Source: Tubiluchus corallicola (lineage: Eukaryota; Animalia; Priapulida). From it: DNA of 64,000 nucleotides. The notes under the pieces are model-generated. The model made no database searches. It saw only the letters and a list, made by a program, of their open reading frames with translations, and was not told the DNA's origin. The DNA is taken from contig JAQGDQ010000345.1 of NCBI GenBank assembly GCA_030141605.1, forward strand, positions 124,001 to 188,000. Direction: 5' to 3'. The translations under genes and the position numbers were made by a program. Positions 37,401-52,334 of the stretch are shown here, piece after piece; positions within the stretch are counted from its first letter, which is position 1; every line of letters begins with the position of its first letter.

Positions 37401-40400
37401 GAAGTTGCATTGACAAAAAATCCAGAAGCAAAGATATAAAACATATACTGAGAAAACTTGCACGACAACCAAAAGAAATCATCCAAATATATTCACTTAG
37501 CTGCTAAAAACCAAAGGTTAAAGCTCAAAATTCATTTTAGCCACTATAAATGGCAGGTGCATAAAAACTATCGAGAAGATGTAGTCAACCAGGGAATGTT
37601 TTCTTATATTATCAATATTACAGCAAATGCTGCATTGTAATTAGTGAGCTTATTTCTTTATTCTGATAGCAACTCATCAATTTCACAAAACAAATTTAAC
37701 AAAAACAACAGACAAAAACTGTAAATTCACAATAAAAAAAAAGGATTACAGCACATATACTTCACATACAATATACTGCATTCTATTAAAACAAACAATT
37801 TTTTGTTCAAACAAAAGCATTTGCCAAGAATTCGTTATCCCAGCATTACGGACATCCTACTATCAACAGAATCAGATGTATAATAAGTGCTAATTTGTCT
37901 ATATGTACATTTTACTTACATAGCATGCTAAATTTTTATTTGCTTTTTTCCTGAGCAGTGTGCAAACTAGATGTCACCACCTGTATTAAAGTTGCCACTT
38001 AAACATGTATGAACAGACCCTCAGTTTTACATGCTGCTGAACTTACGTGACCGAGTAAGATGTCTTTTTCAACACTGCTGACTTTCTCTAACTTTTCGGG
38101 ATCGCTAGACCAGATGCACAAGTTCAGGTAACGATGTTCTGGTTTCACTTTCAGTATAAATGACTGGTTCCATTCCGGGTCCTAGCAGGTAAGAAACACA
38201 CAAATTCCACAAGTTGCTTATTCATAATTGTGCTAATATACTAGATAATTACAACTTAATCACAATTATAATAAAAAAATCATTTCATTTTTAAACATGT
38301 TAACACAGTAAATACTGAAATAAAATAAGAGACATATTATGACAGACGACAGAGCAATATCAAAAAAAATATATACAAAGATTTGTTAATAATCACTTAG
38401 GACAAAAAATTTGCGAAAAAATATGTAACTTCAAGCATCACGTTGGGACAGTGGCCTAAGTATTTATGTGTTAATTAATTATTAAAGTTTGTGAAAATGT
38501 GAAAATGTTTACTGACCCGGCTTGAAAACACATACTTCGTCTTCTGCATTTCCACACCCTGTTTTTCTTTTTTGTCTGGCATATCGACACCAATAGTGTC
38601 ACTAGTTTTGTTTGAATCAGCATAAGTGGGAGGCACTATCAGTGAAGTGGTATCCGGACAAGATCGACGGCGTACAGGAGGGATTTCTGAAGCATCTGGG
38701 ATATCCAGTTTGCTACCAAATGTTGACTCTAAAAAATTTAAAGAGCATAATCAGCTGCAGAACTCAGATGAAATTTACAGTCATCAGTTGTAAAGAGTTG
38801 CAAAACTGCAGCTTCTAGAAGAGTTTGCATAAATGCATTGCAGGTATCGTGTTACTTTAAGCAAAATTTAAAATATTTGAAAGGTTCTGTGAAGATCATT
38901 GAAGTTGCAACCAAATTCAAACTGCAGAATACTCAGTAAAAGATTACACAAAAGCCAAAGTAATACTTTTAAATAGATGTTTTATCTGTCACTATTTGGT
39001 ATGACAATTATACCTAAAATTTGTCTGCATATAAGTCACTACAGCAAAAAGAGAGGTTATATAATAAAATAGTTGGTAACTTATATATTGTGTTAGTATT
39101 AGTGTTAGTGTTGAATTACTGCATAACATAATTTAAAATGACATAAATGACTGTTATTTTAACTTACAGTAATTAGCAGTAACACAATAAAAGTTCAGAC
39201 AAATGTGCACAAATTAATGAATCAGTAACAAAGCACAAAAAACACAGCAACAATATTAGTGAAGAAATATAAATAAGTCAATTTATAACAGTCAAAAGAA
39301 ACATGATAAAAACCTTCAAACAGACTTGAATTTGAAGGAGATTCTGAAAAATAAAATATACTTTTAAAAAATAGCAAGTGCTGCATTTAAAATTGTTACT
39401 AAAACTTGAATGTGAATAGGCGTTTTTTTGCAGTAAGTGACTGCTATGATAGCAAGTTTTAAGGTTTAGCTGTTGTTTCAACATAATTTAGATTCGACAT
39501 AATTTATAGACCAAAAAAGTGTCTAATTTATTCTCTCTATTCTATGAGAAATATCTGGTGTTAAAAGCTGAAAATAGTTGTGGCACAATATTGTTAACTA
39601 AATGTAATTTTGGCACTGTGGACAGGTGACACACTATAGCAGCAAACCTGAACTAATGATTTAGAAATTATCACCTCATGTCAACTTACCAGACAGTGGT
39701 TTTGTTACAGCAATTGAAGATTTAGCCGTGCCTGGTGGTAGCTTCCGAAAGGACTGCGTGGGACTGTTGTTTGGTGTCGCTGGATCCCACAAGCCAGTTT
39801 TCTGACCAATGTAAAATAACGGACTTTTCCGCTGTGATGGACTAGTGCCAGCTTGGGCCTCTGCAGGCTTGTTAGATGACTGGTCACCATTTTGTGAAAA
39901 TCTGACTTCGTTGGGATTTCTCAGTTCTTGAGTGTCACTAGAAATGGCCAGCAGCTGCTTTGCAAGATCTTCAACACATTCACTTGCAAATGAGCTCGTC
40001 AAGGTAACCTGTAATGCCAAGAAGTTACACCATTGGACAATATAACAGGCACTTAAGTAATACAATGTTCCAGACACTGCATAACCACATATTAATACTA
40101 GTCTTCCTTTGAATTCCGAAAATGCTCTTACTAGTGTGTTCATCTTATTAAGTACCTGCACATTTTGACCCTTTTTCTGTTTTTCAGTTTTTTTATTTAC
40201 AGGACAAACTAGTGATTTAATTTAAAAACGAGGTGTGTACGCATATAAAGTTTGATTAGAATTATTTTGAAATTTTGTAGCTAATATCTTCTAACAAAAA
40301 TGCACGCACATAAGTATATTCCTTTTCTGTTAAACCATTACAACAATATTTTGCAGAAAATATTTTAATTTTCGCAAGAGCTTGACTGTAACATTCAGCA

Positions 40401-43400
40401 GCACATTTATACAGTTTTCTCTGAAAGTGAACAGGAAAATACCAGATCAGAAAATCTTATGATCCATGACTACATTTCGTGTAGTTGCTGTCAACTTCTA
40501 GTTTTTAGCTTGCTGCAGCGAATACTATTTAGATCACAAAAAATCTTCAAAAAAGAAGAAATGCTCAAAAATAATAACGGCATTAAAAATGGTTAAAAAG
40601 TTGCTGACAACAAAATGATCAAATTTGTTGGTATTTATAAGTCAGGAAATTGTAAAAATAAAGCTTAAATTTTACCAGGTAAAACAATAAACACGTGTAC
40701 AGGAGAGTTTTAAAAAGAGGCTGTACTACAAGCATTTATTTGCTAATTAAACTTTAATGAGCAATTAATCAACCGTTGATGAATGTCAAGAAGTTTTTTG
40801 TTGATAAAAGCACATTGAGTAAGTCTTCAGCCAATAATATATCCAATAGATTTAGCGAGTTTGAAATTACACTTATTATATTCACTGTTAAGATATTATC
40901 CTGTTTTTACTATGGGAGGTCGAGAGAATTTTTATCATAAATGTGCATCATATTTAATGTTCAGTGCCTCTAAAAGACTTATTAGTTTTGAGAGAATGCT
41001 CCGTAAACGGATAAACTTCAACCTTAACTTTATCAACAAACAATTATAAAAAAGTAGTTCAGTAACAGGCCAAATTTTTGAACCAACCCCAGTATTCAAA
41101 GTAGCCAATTCCTGTGCTGAATGAGTGGCAGCTATTTCTGATTTACGTTCTATTCTTAATATACACCTGTAAAAAAGCAAAGACATCTTTATAAATATAA
41201 AGCATAAGAACTATTTTATGTATTACTAATTGTAAAAATTTTATATATAATTTAAACGTTAAAATAGTATATAGTCGCTGTACGACTGCAAACACTCTCA
41301 TTTTTAATAGTTAACATAAAACAAAATTTATCAAAAATTTCATACAGAACTCTTACACAGGCCTTAAATAATTCATGATGAACCAAACCTGCAGAGTTTT
41401 CAAAAATATGAAAACATGGATTGTCATCATATAATATATTATACAACATTATATAATAAATAAAACTTTTGACAAAAATGTCTGACATTAAAGACTCAAA
41501 ATCATACCAACAGATATCATCATTGGTGGTGGAATTTAACGAAAGAGAACCTTACCATACTATCCCAAAACATTCCTGTACGTGTTTATAAGTTTACAAA
41601 TCATTACGTTGAATAAAGTGTTTGTTTATAATGGGCTAACTCATTACCCATTCTTCATATTCATAGATGGCTTCTTGAACATTGTTTAAGATGCCAGTGA
41701 AATATGGTCATTTAAACTCAATTTTTATTATTCAAAACAATATTAAATTTTGCAATCAGTGAACTCACCTATGCATTTATATAATGTGACTTCGGCAACA
41801 AAATGGACTGACCTGCTATTACACTCAATATGGTTATAGTTACAAAAGTTACAGTCACAGTTGAGACAAAAATTTTTACTGTTTAAACTTTACATTTCAG
41901 GCCGGTTACAATTCATTGCTGTGCACGGATAACCTTACCTATCATTGCTGCTTGTCATTAACTTAGAGGCGTGTTTAATTGTTGATATTGTTACACCATT
42001 CACAGAGACTAGGATATCACCCTGCAAAAACAAACATAAATATAAACATGCTGGAGTTTAGACTACACTTAATTACAGATTGATGGCCACCAATGAGATC
42101 CCAGAAACAGGAGTCAGGTACCTAAATATTCACTTTCCAAAATATTGTAGGCAAACTGACTTTGCCACAAAAAAAAATTTTCATTTTCTTCCAACAATTA
42201 TGTTACATATTAGTAATAACGGAAATAAGAATACCGACACAACATGTACTTGCTTAATGATGCTAATGTGTTCCAGCAAAATGTGTCGTTAAGGGAGACG
42301 TTGATATATGAAACAATGCTTTCCATAGAATCAATGTAAAAGCATTCAGTTGAATTCCCCACCCAAAGATCAATAAAGCTTACCTAAATAAAAGTGATAA
42401 ATAAGCTGCATGGGAGAATAAAAATCAATAATGCCTGGCCATGTAAAGCTTTCAGTTTGGTTGCAGAACAAAAATTAATAAAGCATGGCTTATAAATCAC
42501 GCATTTTATGATGTTTGTCCCTGACAATTTTTAACTAAAAGCTAAAAAGAACTAAAGTTTATAGTGAATATTTCAATTTGAAACATAGGTTTTGTTTTTT
42601 ACATGTAATTCTAGTCTTGGTTGCATAGACTCTTTCTGTTTTCTGTTAAAACTTCTTTTCAACACGGTAAAGCATAAGCAACATCACGCCTCACTTTAGA
42701 ACTTTGCTCTATATCTGGATTACTTTCACAAAATATGTCCAGCAACAATTTTGAAAGCTTCATGCAGATGTTTAACACTACCCATTTCTATTTAGCTGAC
42801 TTTTCTGCTCAGTACTTCTGAGAAATATTTCTAGTGTTGTCTTTTGGACAACATAAATGCGAACGAGATGACCAAGCAGTAATTGACATAGCAATGTAAC
42901 ATAAGAGAACTGTATCAGAGAAACTCCATTTCTAAGGTGTATGTGAGAAACTGCTAGTAATTAACGAGTGGTCAGCACTGAATCATCTCTGCCTGCATCT
43001 GACTGCTAAGTAGGCAAATTATTAGTGTGATTTCTGTTAATAGGGCATCTTCATAAAAGGGGAGTGCAGTAAACAAAATTTCACCTCTAACTCCAGTGTT
43101 CGTGTGTGCGAACTCATTATCCCATTCTTCATATTCACAGACGGCTTCTTGAACATTGTTTAAGATGTAAGTAAAATATAATCATATAAACTCATGGAAC
43201 CCATACTAAATTAAAAAGTCTGACAAATATTTCACTTTCACAGGGCTTGAACCCAAGACCTACTACTTTCTGGATAGCTATACTAACAATTATACCACAG
43301 AGACACTTTCACTTTTCAGCAGTAGAGCAACAGGCAAAAAATAAACTTCAAGGAAACATTTAGTCTTTATTTGACGTAGTTACATAACACCAAACTTACT

Positions 43401-46400
43401 ATTTTTATATCAGCAGTAGCAGCCGGAGAATACGGCGTAATACCTTCCACTATCACTTGTTCTTCATATTTCTCCAATACGAAAGCCTAATCAACCAAAA
43501 ATCAAACATTTAGATCCTAAATAATGCAATACAGAAAAAATTAATTGCAAAAATGCAAGGCAAGGCAAGAAACAGTCTAAGTCAAATGAACTTTGTTTAG
43601 TCATCAACAATTTTTCAAACGGTATTTAGCATAATGTTAATTCAATATTTTATACAATCAAGTAGTTCGCACAATCTCATCATATAAAACAATTTGTCTA
43701 GTGACAAGATGCATCATTACATGATACATAAAATTAATGCAATATAATTACATGCGTAAATATTTACAGAAGTTGAGCATAAATGAAAGATTATTATTTT
43801 CAAAAGTTCATCAAGTTTACACCAATGTTTGACTTTATTAATAGTGAATTCTGTCACAAAAGAATGGATATCTTGAACACAGTCAGTATATTTAGTTTCA
43901 GAACATTCTAGCAATGCATGATTAAGTTTGGTCAGCATTCAGGTCAGAAAATTACATATTCTATATATGACTGTTTTTGAACACAAGCAATAAATGTAAG
44001 CAAACTAGGGTAAACAATATATAATACTTTATAATTTATATAAAAGCATTGTTATTTCTTTTGAACACACATATCACCAAATGAGAAGCAATATTAAAAA
44101 GAAAAATGGAGAAGCCACAAAATCTCACCTTTCTAAGCAGAATTCCGATATGCTGACCAGCAGCTTTTGTTATGTGAACGTCCTGTGTCATGTAAACGCC
44201 ATGTCTTGAACTAATAAGCTCAATCCAGTCATGTTTATCTAAATTAAAAATTGAATTTCTTATCTCGTAATTGCAATTTAATTAGTGTTAGTGATGCAAC
44301 AGCAAATCTAATCATTACTGCAAGGAAAAACTTCGTACATTTTCACGGAGCGTCACAGTTTACTTTGTTGTAGGCTGGCCACAAAAAAATTGTGTTTGTC
44401 TTACCTCATGAGCTCAATAGATGCCAGTAATGTGGGAGGATTTTTTTTAAAGCTTTGTGAATGTTTAAAGATGAATTGTAGAATATTTAAAATCAGTTGA
44501 AAACAGAATTTGTTTATTTATCACTGGTTAGCAGTAATGCTTTATATTTTTAAATGCACATTTTTCATGGTTTGTTTTTTAGTTTTTTATTTCGCATAAC
44601 TAAATTATCCCATCATTATCGATTATAGTATGATCTCTTTTTGTATCGCATGAATGTATGTTCTGATAATTATGCTATAAGTGGCAACACTACTTGACCG
44701 TTAAAAAGCTGACTTGGTGGAAATGCTTTTTAGCCTCCAATACGATAATCAGCATCATACAAAATAGTAACTCTGGCCGGAAGTTAGCCATAGAAAAACA
44801 CGGCTGTATCCTCGCTGAAACAATGATGTTATAATAATTATCAAATTTTACTTTTAAGTTAAAAAATACGCTTTAATATGACTGTGTCAAGTAAGTACAT
44901 GAACGTACAAAAAAATTATAAAATTCCTGGCCGGGTGTGAGATAAAAAATATTACCTGGGCGATTATACAGAAGCAAAAGTATTTTTGTCGTCTGAATCG
45001 TATTAACACGAATAAATTTGTTATGTTATAAGGATACAACTATAACAGACTGTAATAATTATAAATGCTACTAACACGACTTACCTACTGCTACAGAACA
45101 ATACAACCTCGCTTGAGGATGTGTTTTGACTAGTCTACTACAATGTAGTATGGTCACTTCTAAATGACCAATGGTCAAGTTCGAATCACACAGCTGAAGA
45201 CTGGTAATTTTTTTCTTTGTGTGATCAGGTTTGATAAAGAATGGCTTATACCGCATCTTGTAATTTGGAAGCGTATGCTTTTTTCTTACTGTGCGCTTTA
45301 GCTGTAAAAAAATACAAAAAACAACTCGTACATAAAACTAGTACTGACAGTTTATTTATGATGAATTGACATCTAGTTCTGTAATTCTATTATCATTGTG
45401 TTATTATGTATCTCACAGTGCTTTTATGCATTGATGTAATTTGATCTTTAAGTAACAAAGTAAGTAAGTAAATTTGAGCATCAATATATTTCAATTTGAA
45501 TTTAATTTAATGTATTTCGACTTGCCTTTTATTTATATTTTAATGTATTTCAATTTGAATTTATTTGTATTTTAATGTATTAATTATTTCTGCTATGTAA
45601 GCAGTACTAAAACATAGGGTAATGCTGCATTGATCAATAATAGAAAGTATTTTAAGGTACCTCACTTATTTGATTTCCAATTTGTTTTTGCAGCTAACTG
45701 ACTAATAATGTTCAGCTTATGACAAACTTTTATTCAGTAATTGAGAATTTTTTAGTCACCATATGAAGTCTTGTGTCTTCTTCTGCTATCATGGTAATAC
45801 TCTAGAGCAGAGATTAAAACTGCTGCATCGCTACATACATTAAAAAGCAGGATATATACTGGGTGGTGCAGAAAAAATGTGCCTACATTTAGAATACAAA
45901 AGTATAGAAGCATTTGAAATACACAGTTGAATTTCACAGCATGATATTACAATACATTCACGTTTGGCTGTGAAAGTAGCAAGTTTATAGTCCTCGTGGT
46001 TTCTACTGCCATGACTGCTGGGCGATACAGTGGCAGAGTGGTCTAAAAGCAGCTGCCTTCTAAGTAGAAGATCCATAGTTCAAATCTGGGCTGCATCCAA
46101 ACTGCTTCGCATTTCCTGTTTTTCAAGTTTGGTATCAAAATTTAATTAACTGTGTGTTTCTTCCATCATTAAAAACAGCCTTGATACTAAGAATATAATA
46201 ATCACTTTAATTACAATAAAAATAAAAAAAATCAATGGCTTACAACTTGTCAAAGTGAAAAATAAGGATAAATACTGTAATACACTTACTTGACCGATAA
46301 TTAGGTTTGTCACTTGAGGGATGGGACGTCCCTGGAATTGAGATTCGACATCAAATTCCATATCTGGCTCCTATAATAAAAGCAGATAATGTAAGCAGAT

Positions 46401-49400
46401 GAATGTATTTAGCCAATAATTACAATCTGTATGTGAATAACATCCAATGAATATCCAATTTATACTTTGCAACTTGTAAAACATACAACTATGTACAATA
46501 GATTTTAAAATAATAGTTCAACCTCTGACATCACTTTACGTTCACATTTCACGTTCACTATAAGTTATAATAGCTAATACTGATTCGCTACAAATACATA
46601 CTATTTTTAATAATATAGTCATTGTTAAATGTTAGGAAAGTTCTTCGATGAATCTTAAACCTGCCATATAACTTTCACTATAGTATGACAATTGCAATAG
46701 CTGAAACTATTTGTTTTGCCTCGTATTGTAAAGTTGAATAACACTGTAAAAACACTGACAATGCCGTTTTAAAAGCGCTATCACTTCTGAACAAATGTAT
46801 TTCAAATATGAGTATTAGTCACAACATAAATTACCGGAATAATAAATAAACAAAAGTTTTTAGGTTATACTGCTGTAGATTACTTAGCACATGAGCTATA
46901 TTGGATCACGGTGAGAACCATATACCTGGTTTTGGTTACACTGATATAGAATATATGTTACATAACCTTTTAACAGTTTAACCTGTTCATGCTGTAAGTT
47001 CATTATGATCTCAATTACTAACATCCATGTAAATGCTGTTATAAGTTTAAGATATTACTAATTAAATGCATTATAATTGTTTTTCATAGAAATTATAATG
47101 CAAATAAAGATGATATATACATAAATAGTATGTAATCTAGTCTAAAATTTTATGGTGTGTCATTACTTCTAGTCCAGTATTATCAATTTTTTGCATAACG
47201 GTAAAGTAAAAAATTTAAACTATAAATACAGGGTCCAGAAAAGTAGAACACTTATTTGCCAGTGACAGGAAGTATCTGTTAACATTGTTCTTAGAAAAAA
47301 TTCTGCACAGATAAGCAGCCCGAGGGAAAAGCTAGATTAATAAGCACTTGTTATTCTTCATCTAAGAATAGCAACTGTGTCCATCTGGGCACTCTCTTTC
47401 CAAAGAGAACCAGATTCGCTAAAATACAATTCATGTGAAGTCGACCTCCGAGGGTAATTGTTACAGTGAGGTTAATAGTAACACCTGCAACTATCAAGTA
47501 AACCCCAAATATCTGCACAATTACTTGTAACTTTAAGATTCTTAACTCATGTGGAAGATACCAAGGCTGGACAAAAATTAAAAAAGAGCCAAAAATAGGA
47601 ATACTATAGTTGGTAGGATATAGGTTAGGCCTATACAGAAAAAAAACACGTGTAAGCAGTGTGCATATATTTGTACTTATGAAAGGGTACATAATCCTCT
47701 AATAACTCACCTCACAGAATGAGAAAGACCAGTGCGTGTAAGGCAACCTAGTCAGTTGAAGTCGAGCTCTGCCTCTCAAACACGCAAGCTTTACATACAG
47801 GAAAGCTGTTTTCCCTAGAACCAGATCCACATCAATGGACAGTTGAAAACCTCCGGAGTATTCCAGCTCAACGAGGATATCAAGTTCCTGTAAAATTAAC
47901 TTTATCTGTAAGAATGGTGTACCAAAATTGATGCACATTACAGTTTGCGATCTCATCAACATATAGAAAACATTTTCAGTTCGTTTAACATAATTCATGA
48001 ATTGTTTTGAATCAAAGTTTCAAAGTTTTGATTGTTGCCAAGTTTTCATATGAGACAAAATGCTGATCAATTGTTTTGAAAACGCACAAATATTCAGTGT
48101 GGTACTTTATCATATTTGTACAGGTCTATTAGCTTGAAACTTAAGGTGATGATTTACTTTCAAAGTCAACAGATCACATATTGTGATACTTTCCTAGACA
48201 GAAAGCTTATAACTTGGATCTGAAAAATATTATGTTTGTCTCCGATTTGTTGCCGTTTTACTCTACAGGGTAGATAGGGATTTTATTTTATTTTTTGTTT
48301 ATCGAGCCTTATTTTGACTAGTCCTCACATTTTTTATTTTATTTAAAAATTTATTTTTATTAAAAAATTTAGCAATTCACTAATTAATAAAAGATAAATA
48401 AAGAAAAGATTTTCTTTTTCAAATAAAACGAATAAACCAACATATGAACATGTAACTGTAAGCACCAGCACTGGGCAGTGATTATGAGATCAGTTATCAC
48501 TCGAGCAGTTTCAGCAATCAGTGTCCAAGGTACTCTCTGTACCAGACCATTTACATTCATCATATGTGAAGTAACAAGAAGTTTCCTAATATTACATAAC
48601 TTTATTATTAATTATTTATTTTTTAGAATTTTTATTTTTATTTTTACAACAGTTTTTTATAAATAGGCTTAACTTACAAAGTGAATTTATACTAAATGTA
48701 GTTGTACTACAGATAGCTTTTCAATTGCATAGGTTTTACATCAGTTTCTTGTGCTCGACTTTTATAGACTTTGGTTATCAGGTTACTTGAAAAGTGCAAG
48801 GTATAAACTGTACCAAGTCCTAAACTCACACATAAATTAAATACTTTGAGAGGCTCACTTCTGCTTTAAAAGCAATTTAGAATTTCTATATTTCGTTCAG
48901 TAGTGAAATGATTCGTTTTCTTTTGGCAATAGTTAGCCCAAATAACGATAAACATCTGCTCTTTACAACTTTGTCAGAACAATCACTATCAGATTGTTTC
49001 ATTATAAATCACAGCATGTTGGCTGCAGGAGTGTCTGACAGCTACTGGGGGTATTAAGTTTCAAGTTTGCGTGGGCAGCTAATTTTGTCTGCATTATAGA
49101 AGCGGCTGTATAAATATATCTGGTCAACAATCGGTATAAGTACATAAAAAATTTGATAAATGTAAAAAAATTTTTTATTTAGTTGGTCGGCAACCAGAAA
49201 CTAGGCTTTACATCACGCACCTCAATATGATCAGTGTTGCTGCTTAGTTGAACATTTTTGGCTGATATATATCTGATTAAAGGAAATGCATCACCAACAC
49301 TAAAATCTCGAATCTGAAATTTAAGTAAAAAAGTAAAGATAAAGAATTTTTAGTACTTTCCTTGCTACAGATACTTTTTCATTTCTGCATAACTACAGAA

Positions 49401-52019
49401 ATTGTATGGATACAACTCGTTACTTCGTTATGCTTAATTGCTTATTTTTATATATATATGCACATAAGTATGTCGGTTTTTGCAGCAATATCTTCAATTT
49501 AAGACTGCAGTTAAGTCAACTAATATGCAACAGACTCTTTAAATATAGAGAAGACAACAAACAGACAAAAGGTAACCATAGTACAGTAAAGATTTTTGCA
49601 AAAATACTGATAAGCAAAAGACTGTTAAAAAACATTGCCAATTTTTTTAGAAAACTTTTCACCGAAATTTTTGCACATCTGCATGTTTGAACATTTCAAA
49701 AAATTAAAAAATTTGTTGCTCTGACTTTGAGAACAATTTAAAACTGCAGAACTGAAAGTAGCTACCAATGAGTTGAAAATGTAAACACATTTTGAAAAAC
49801 TGTAAAAAGTTGATACAAGATATTAATACAATTAGAAAAAATATATTACAAAGGTTAATGACTAAACACAGCATTTAATGAAATTTCATTTCAAGAACAA
49901 AAACATAATTATGATCACAGTTGTCCCTTCATTTAGAGTAACTTACTTAGACAACAATTAGAATAAACTGTCATAGTTTCCACAGTTAAGGTGTTTAAAC
50001 TGTTACTCTAAATGCTTGTTCTTTGGGTTTTTCGACATTACTGCAGAAATGCCAACAAAATCTTATAATTTCGAGTAAGTGAAAAAATACTCACTGTAAT
50101 TCTTTCCAACAGTTTTCCAGCAGTTGTTTTTTGCAATAGTTCCTGAAATTCTAAACTGATCTTTTTGAGAATCCATCTGAAACGGAAGCCTAGTATTTTA
50201 TGTGTTAACAGCAAAGTACAAAAATAGCATTTTGTAGTACTACAAAGAAGAATATAAAGACTCAGATAAACGTAGTCTCTTTCTTAAAGTAAACATATCG
50301 TATTTATAAGTAAATAAGTCATACTTCTATAGTAGTTCTCTGTGTAAATATTTATTTTATTTGAATAAATAAAAAACAATAAACATATCATATTTAACAA
50401 AGTAAACATGTACTTATAAAAATTTCAATTAAATTTTATTATTAAAATACCTCATTTTTAAATCCTTTCAAGCCTTGTGGTTAGCAGTTTTTTGTATGAA
50501 TAAATTAAACTTGTCATTGAGGACTAGTAATATCATAGAACAGGAAAAATACTAACACGTAGATAGTTAGAAAAAAACTGTTTTTAGCTACCTTCTCATT
50601 TCCTTTGTTTCTTTTAGCTCTCGAAACAAGAACTGTAGCATTAAGTTGAGTGCATTACAAGATTCTCTATCATCTACTAGCTGAGTATTTTGTAGAAGAG
50701 TAACGAGCTCCTAACAAAATAATCAGATGTATAAATAAACACTATTGAGATGAGAATACGCAGTTACTTAGATTTTATTACAATAAGGTTAAGCAGTCTT
50801 ACATTACTACTGATACATCATCAACGTCATCACAACTGTCATCATCATCACCTTCTTCTTCATTATTCTAAATTTTGTACTTAACTTTGCACAGTGACAA
50901 GAAAAAGCAAATTAAAACAAAAGTTATTGTATCTTAAACTTGGATGATTAACTACCAATCCTATATTTCAATAAAAAGATGTATTCTTTTCTTTATAGGG
51001 ATTGCATCTTGAACGTAAGAAGTATACTACTACTAACCAAGGATGTATAGGATCCTGACATCCTGTTACTTTAATTGATCCGAATCTGGCAGAAATTTTT
51101 GTGGGATTTTTCACTGTTTGTATTTCTAGTTTTCTCTGTGTAAAACTACTGATTGTGCACCAATTGTAAAAATTAGAGCGGGTAAAAAAACAAATATATA
51201 TATTTATATTTACATGTTCAGTTTAATTAGCTGAATAGTTTCCATTTTTTTAAGAATTTGAAGGATTTCTATTAAAATCTTGAAAAATTTACGAAAGTAT
51301 CACTTGGTTTTTATGCCGCCACGCTTGTAGCGCAAGCAATACCAGCAATGTTCACACTGTGGTTATTTAAAGCAAATAGCGCAAGATATACTGTTACTGC
51401 TGCAAAAATGTTTGCTAAAAATTAGAATAATCTATTTCTAGTAAAAGCACATTTTGACGTTTTTTTAGCTCAAACCAAGTGCAGATTAAGTATTCAAAAT
51501 TACAGTACATCAACTTTTGCAGTGTTTCCATTTAACATTACTCAGTGACGTCCTTTCAAAATGGACAGTTGATGCAACCACATTAATAAAAGGCTAAACA
51601 AATGAAATATCGTTTACGTTAATTTGTAGATCCGGATCTGAAGCAAGTGGATCTGGTGCATCCCTACTACATTGTTATAAGTGAACAAAGAGCATTGCAG
51701 AGAAATTCTAACAGCACAGAACATTGACATTAACTGAGTGTTATAACTGAACTATCATAATGAGAGCTAATGAGCTGCATACATAAATATGATTACATCC
51801 CATGAAAGCTGCATGACTAATGCAGATATTAACCACCTCACAACACTTCAATACAACAACACAACCTACCTGTGGTAATTTGAACTTAGGGAATTGTGGT
51901 TTAAAATCTGGCTGAACCACAGATATGTTAGATAACCAAACACTAAAACATAGCCATTGAATGCAGAGAGTAAGTAGAATTCCAAGTACAAAAGATATGA
52001 CCACAATTGCGACAATCAT
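28480..52019 (-). CDS. PDZD8: PDZ domain-containing protein 8 (ER membrane-contact-site lipid transfer protein), ~1055 aa, 22 coding exons
   Basis: Exons: 52019-51870, 50710-50592, 50176-50095, 49313-49221, 47887-47711, 46370-46290, 45301-45085, 44238-44129, 43486-43400, 42021-41939, 41166-41088, 40008-39690, 38728-38517, 38181-38047, 36886-36780, 36116-35922, 34998-34920, 33995-33901, 33183-33013, 31749-31647, 30870-30670, 28752-28480. All phases are consistent (3168 nt). Domains: N-terminal TM; SMP (ESCNALNLMLQFLFREL, YSGGFQLSIDVDL, LTRLPYTHWSFSF, KKHTLPNYKMRYKPFF); PDZ (SPAATADIKIGDILVSVNG); C2 (DPEWNQSF..YLNLCIW); C1 (HVFIGTQF..CHYCGKKIWLKVAFQCQVCDMICHRKC); C-terminal coiled coil (ALALMMLHYCSGL). 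Confidence 0.95.
28864..29179. mobile_element. Tc1/mariner-type MITE in last PDZD8 intron
   Basis: Left end TAGTAAGCTATGTATAACTCAA resembles the reverse complement of the right end (CAGTAAACTATATGTAAGTCGAA). TA-rich flanks; internal ATAACTCGAA-like motifs. Confidence 0.55.
29956..30499 (+). mobile_element. Tigger/pogo DNA transposon internal-deletion derivative
   Basis: TA|CAGTGGAACTTCGACTTACGAA ... TTCGTATCTTGAGGTATCACTG|TA (imperfect TIRs, TA TSD). A frameshifted transposase N-terminus from ATG 30167 reads MGPKKVSASG...MEAKLKTI...YERGMHLSAIAREYERNPSTIG (CENP-B/psq-type HTH). Confidence 0.85.
41638..41720. repeat. ~83-bp dispersed repeat, second copy of the SINE-like body at 43111-43194
   Basis: AACTCATTA(T)CCCATTCTTCATATTCAyAGAyGGCTTCTTGAACATTGTTTAAGATG...AAACTCA is present at both sites. 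Confidence 0.8.
43111..43304 (-). mobile_element. tRNA-derived SINE-like element (head plus body)
   Basis: Minus strand GTCTCTGTGGTATAATTG (A-box-like) ... GGTTCAAGCCC (B box, 43243-53), followed by a body also found at 41638-41720. Confidence 0.55.
46024..46098 (+). pseudogene. tRNA-Arg(TCT)-like pseudogene or SINE head
   Basis: Acceptor stem GATACAG/CTGCATC (1 mismatch), A box TGGCAGAGTGG, anticodon arm CTGC-CTTCTAA-GTAG, B-box-like AGTTCAAATC. The T-stem pairs poorly, so it is probably non-functional. Confidence 0.55.
51038..51666. mobile_element. hAT-like MITE in first coding intron of PDZD8
   Basis: Left CAAGGATGTATAGGATCC versus right-end reverse complement TAGGGATGCACCAGATCC; subterminal GATCCG-like motifs at both ends. 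No 8-bp TSD visible. Confidence 0.4.
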
Positions 52020-52334
52020 AACTGAAAACTTCAGCGAGCAGTTCCTGAATTACTTTTTCAAGTTTCTGAACATATTTTCTCTCCGATGTCCCTCCAAAGG
52101 CTCCAATTTCACCAACTGCAAATTATACTTATATAAAAATGCATCTATTAGTATTACTTTTTTAGTTATTACATAGTTTGAAGTTTGCACAGCAAGAAAA
52201 AATGGAAAATAAGCTAAGAAATGCAAAATTACAAACAGACTGATTGATTTGGAAATTTATTATACAACATTACTGAAACATTCACTTACAAAGATTAGTT
52301 GAAACACGATTCATTTCATCGTTAAACAATGAAA

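Noticed and set aside
41638-43194. Duplicated ~83-nt intronic sequences as snoRNA paralogs
   Set aside because: No C (RUGAUGA)/D (CUGA) or H/ACA layout; one copy adjoins a tRNA-like SINE head.
46024-46098. Functional tRNA-Arg gene
   Set aside because: T-arm and acceptor-stem mismatches; treated as a pseudogene or SINE head.
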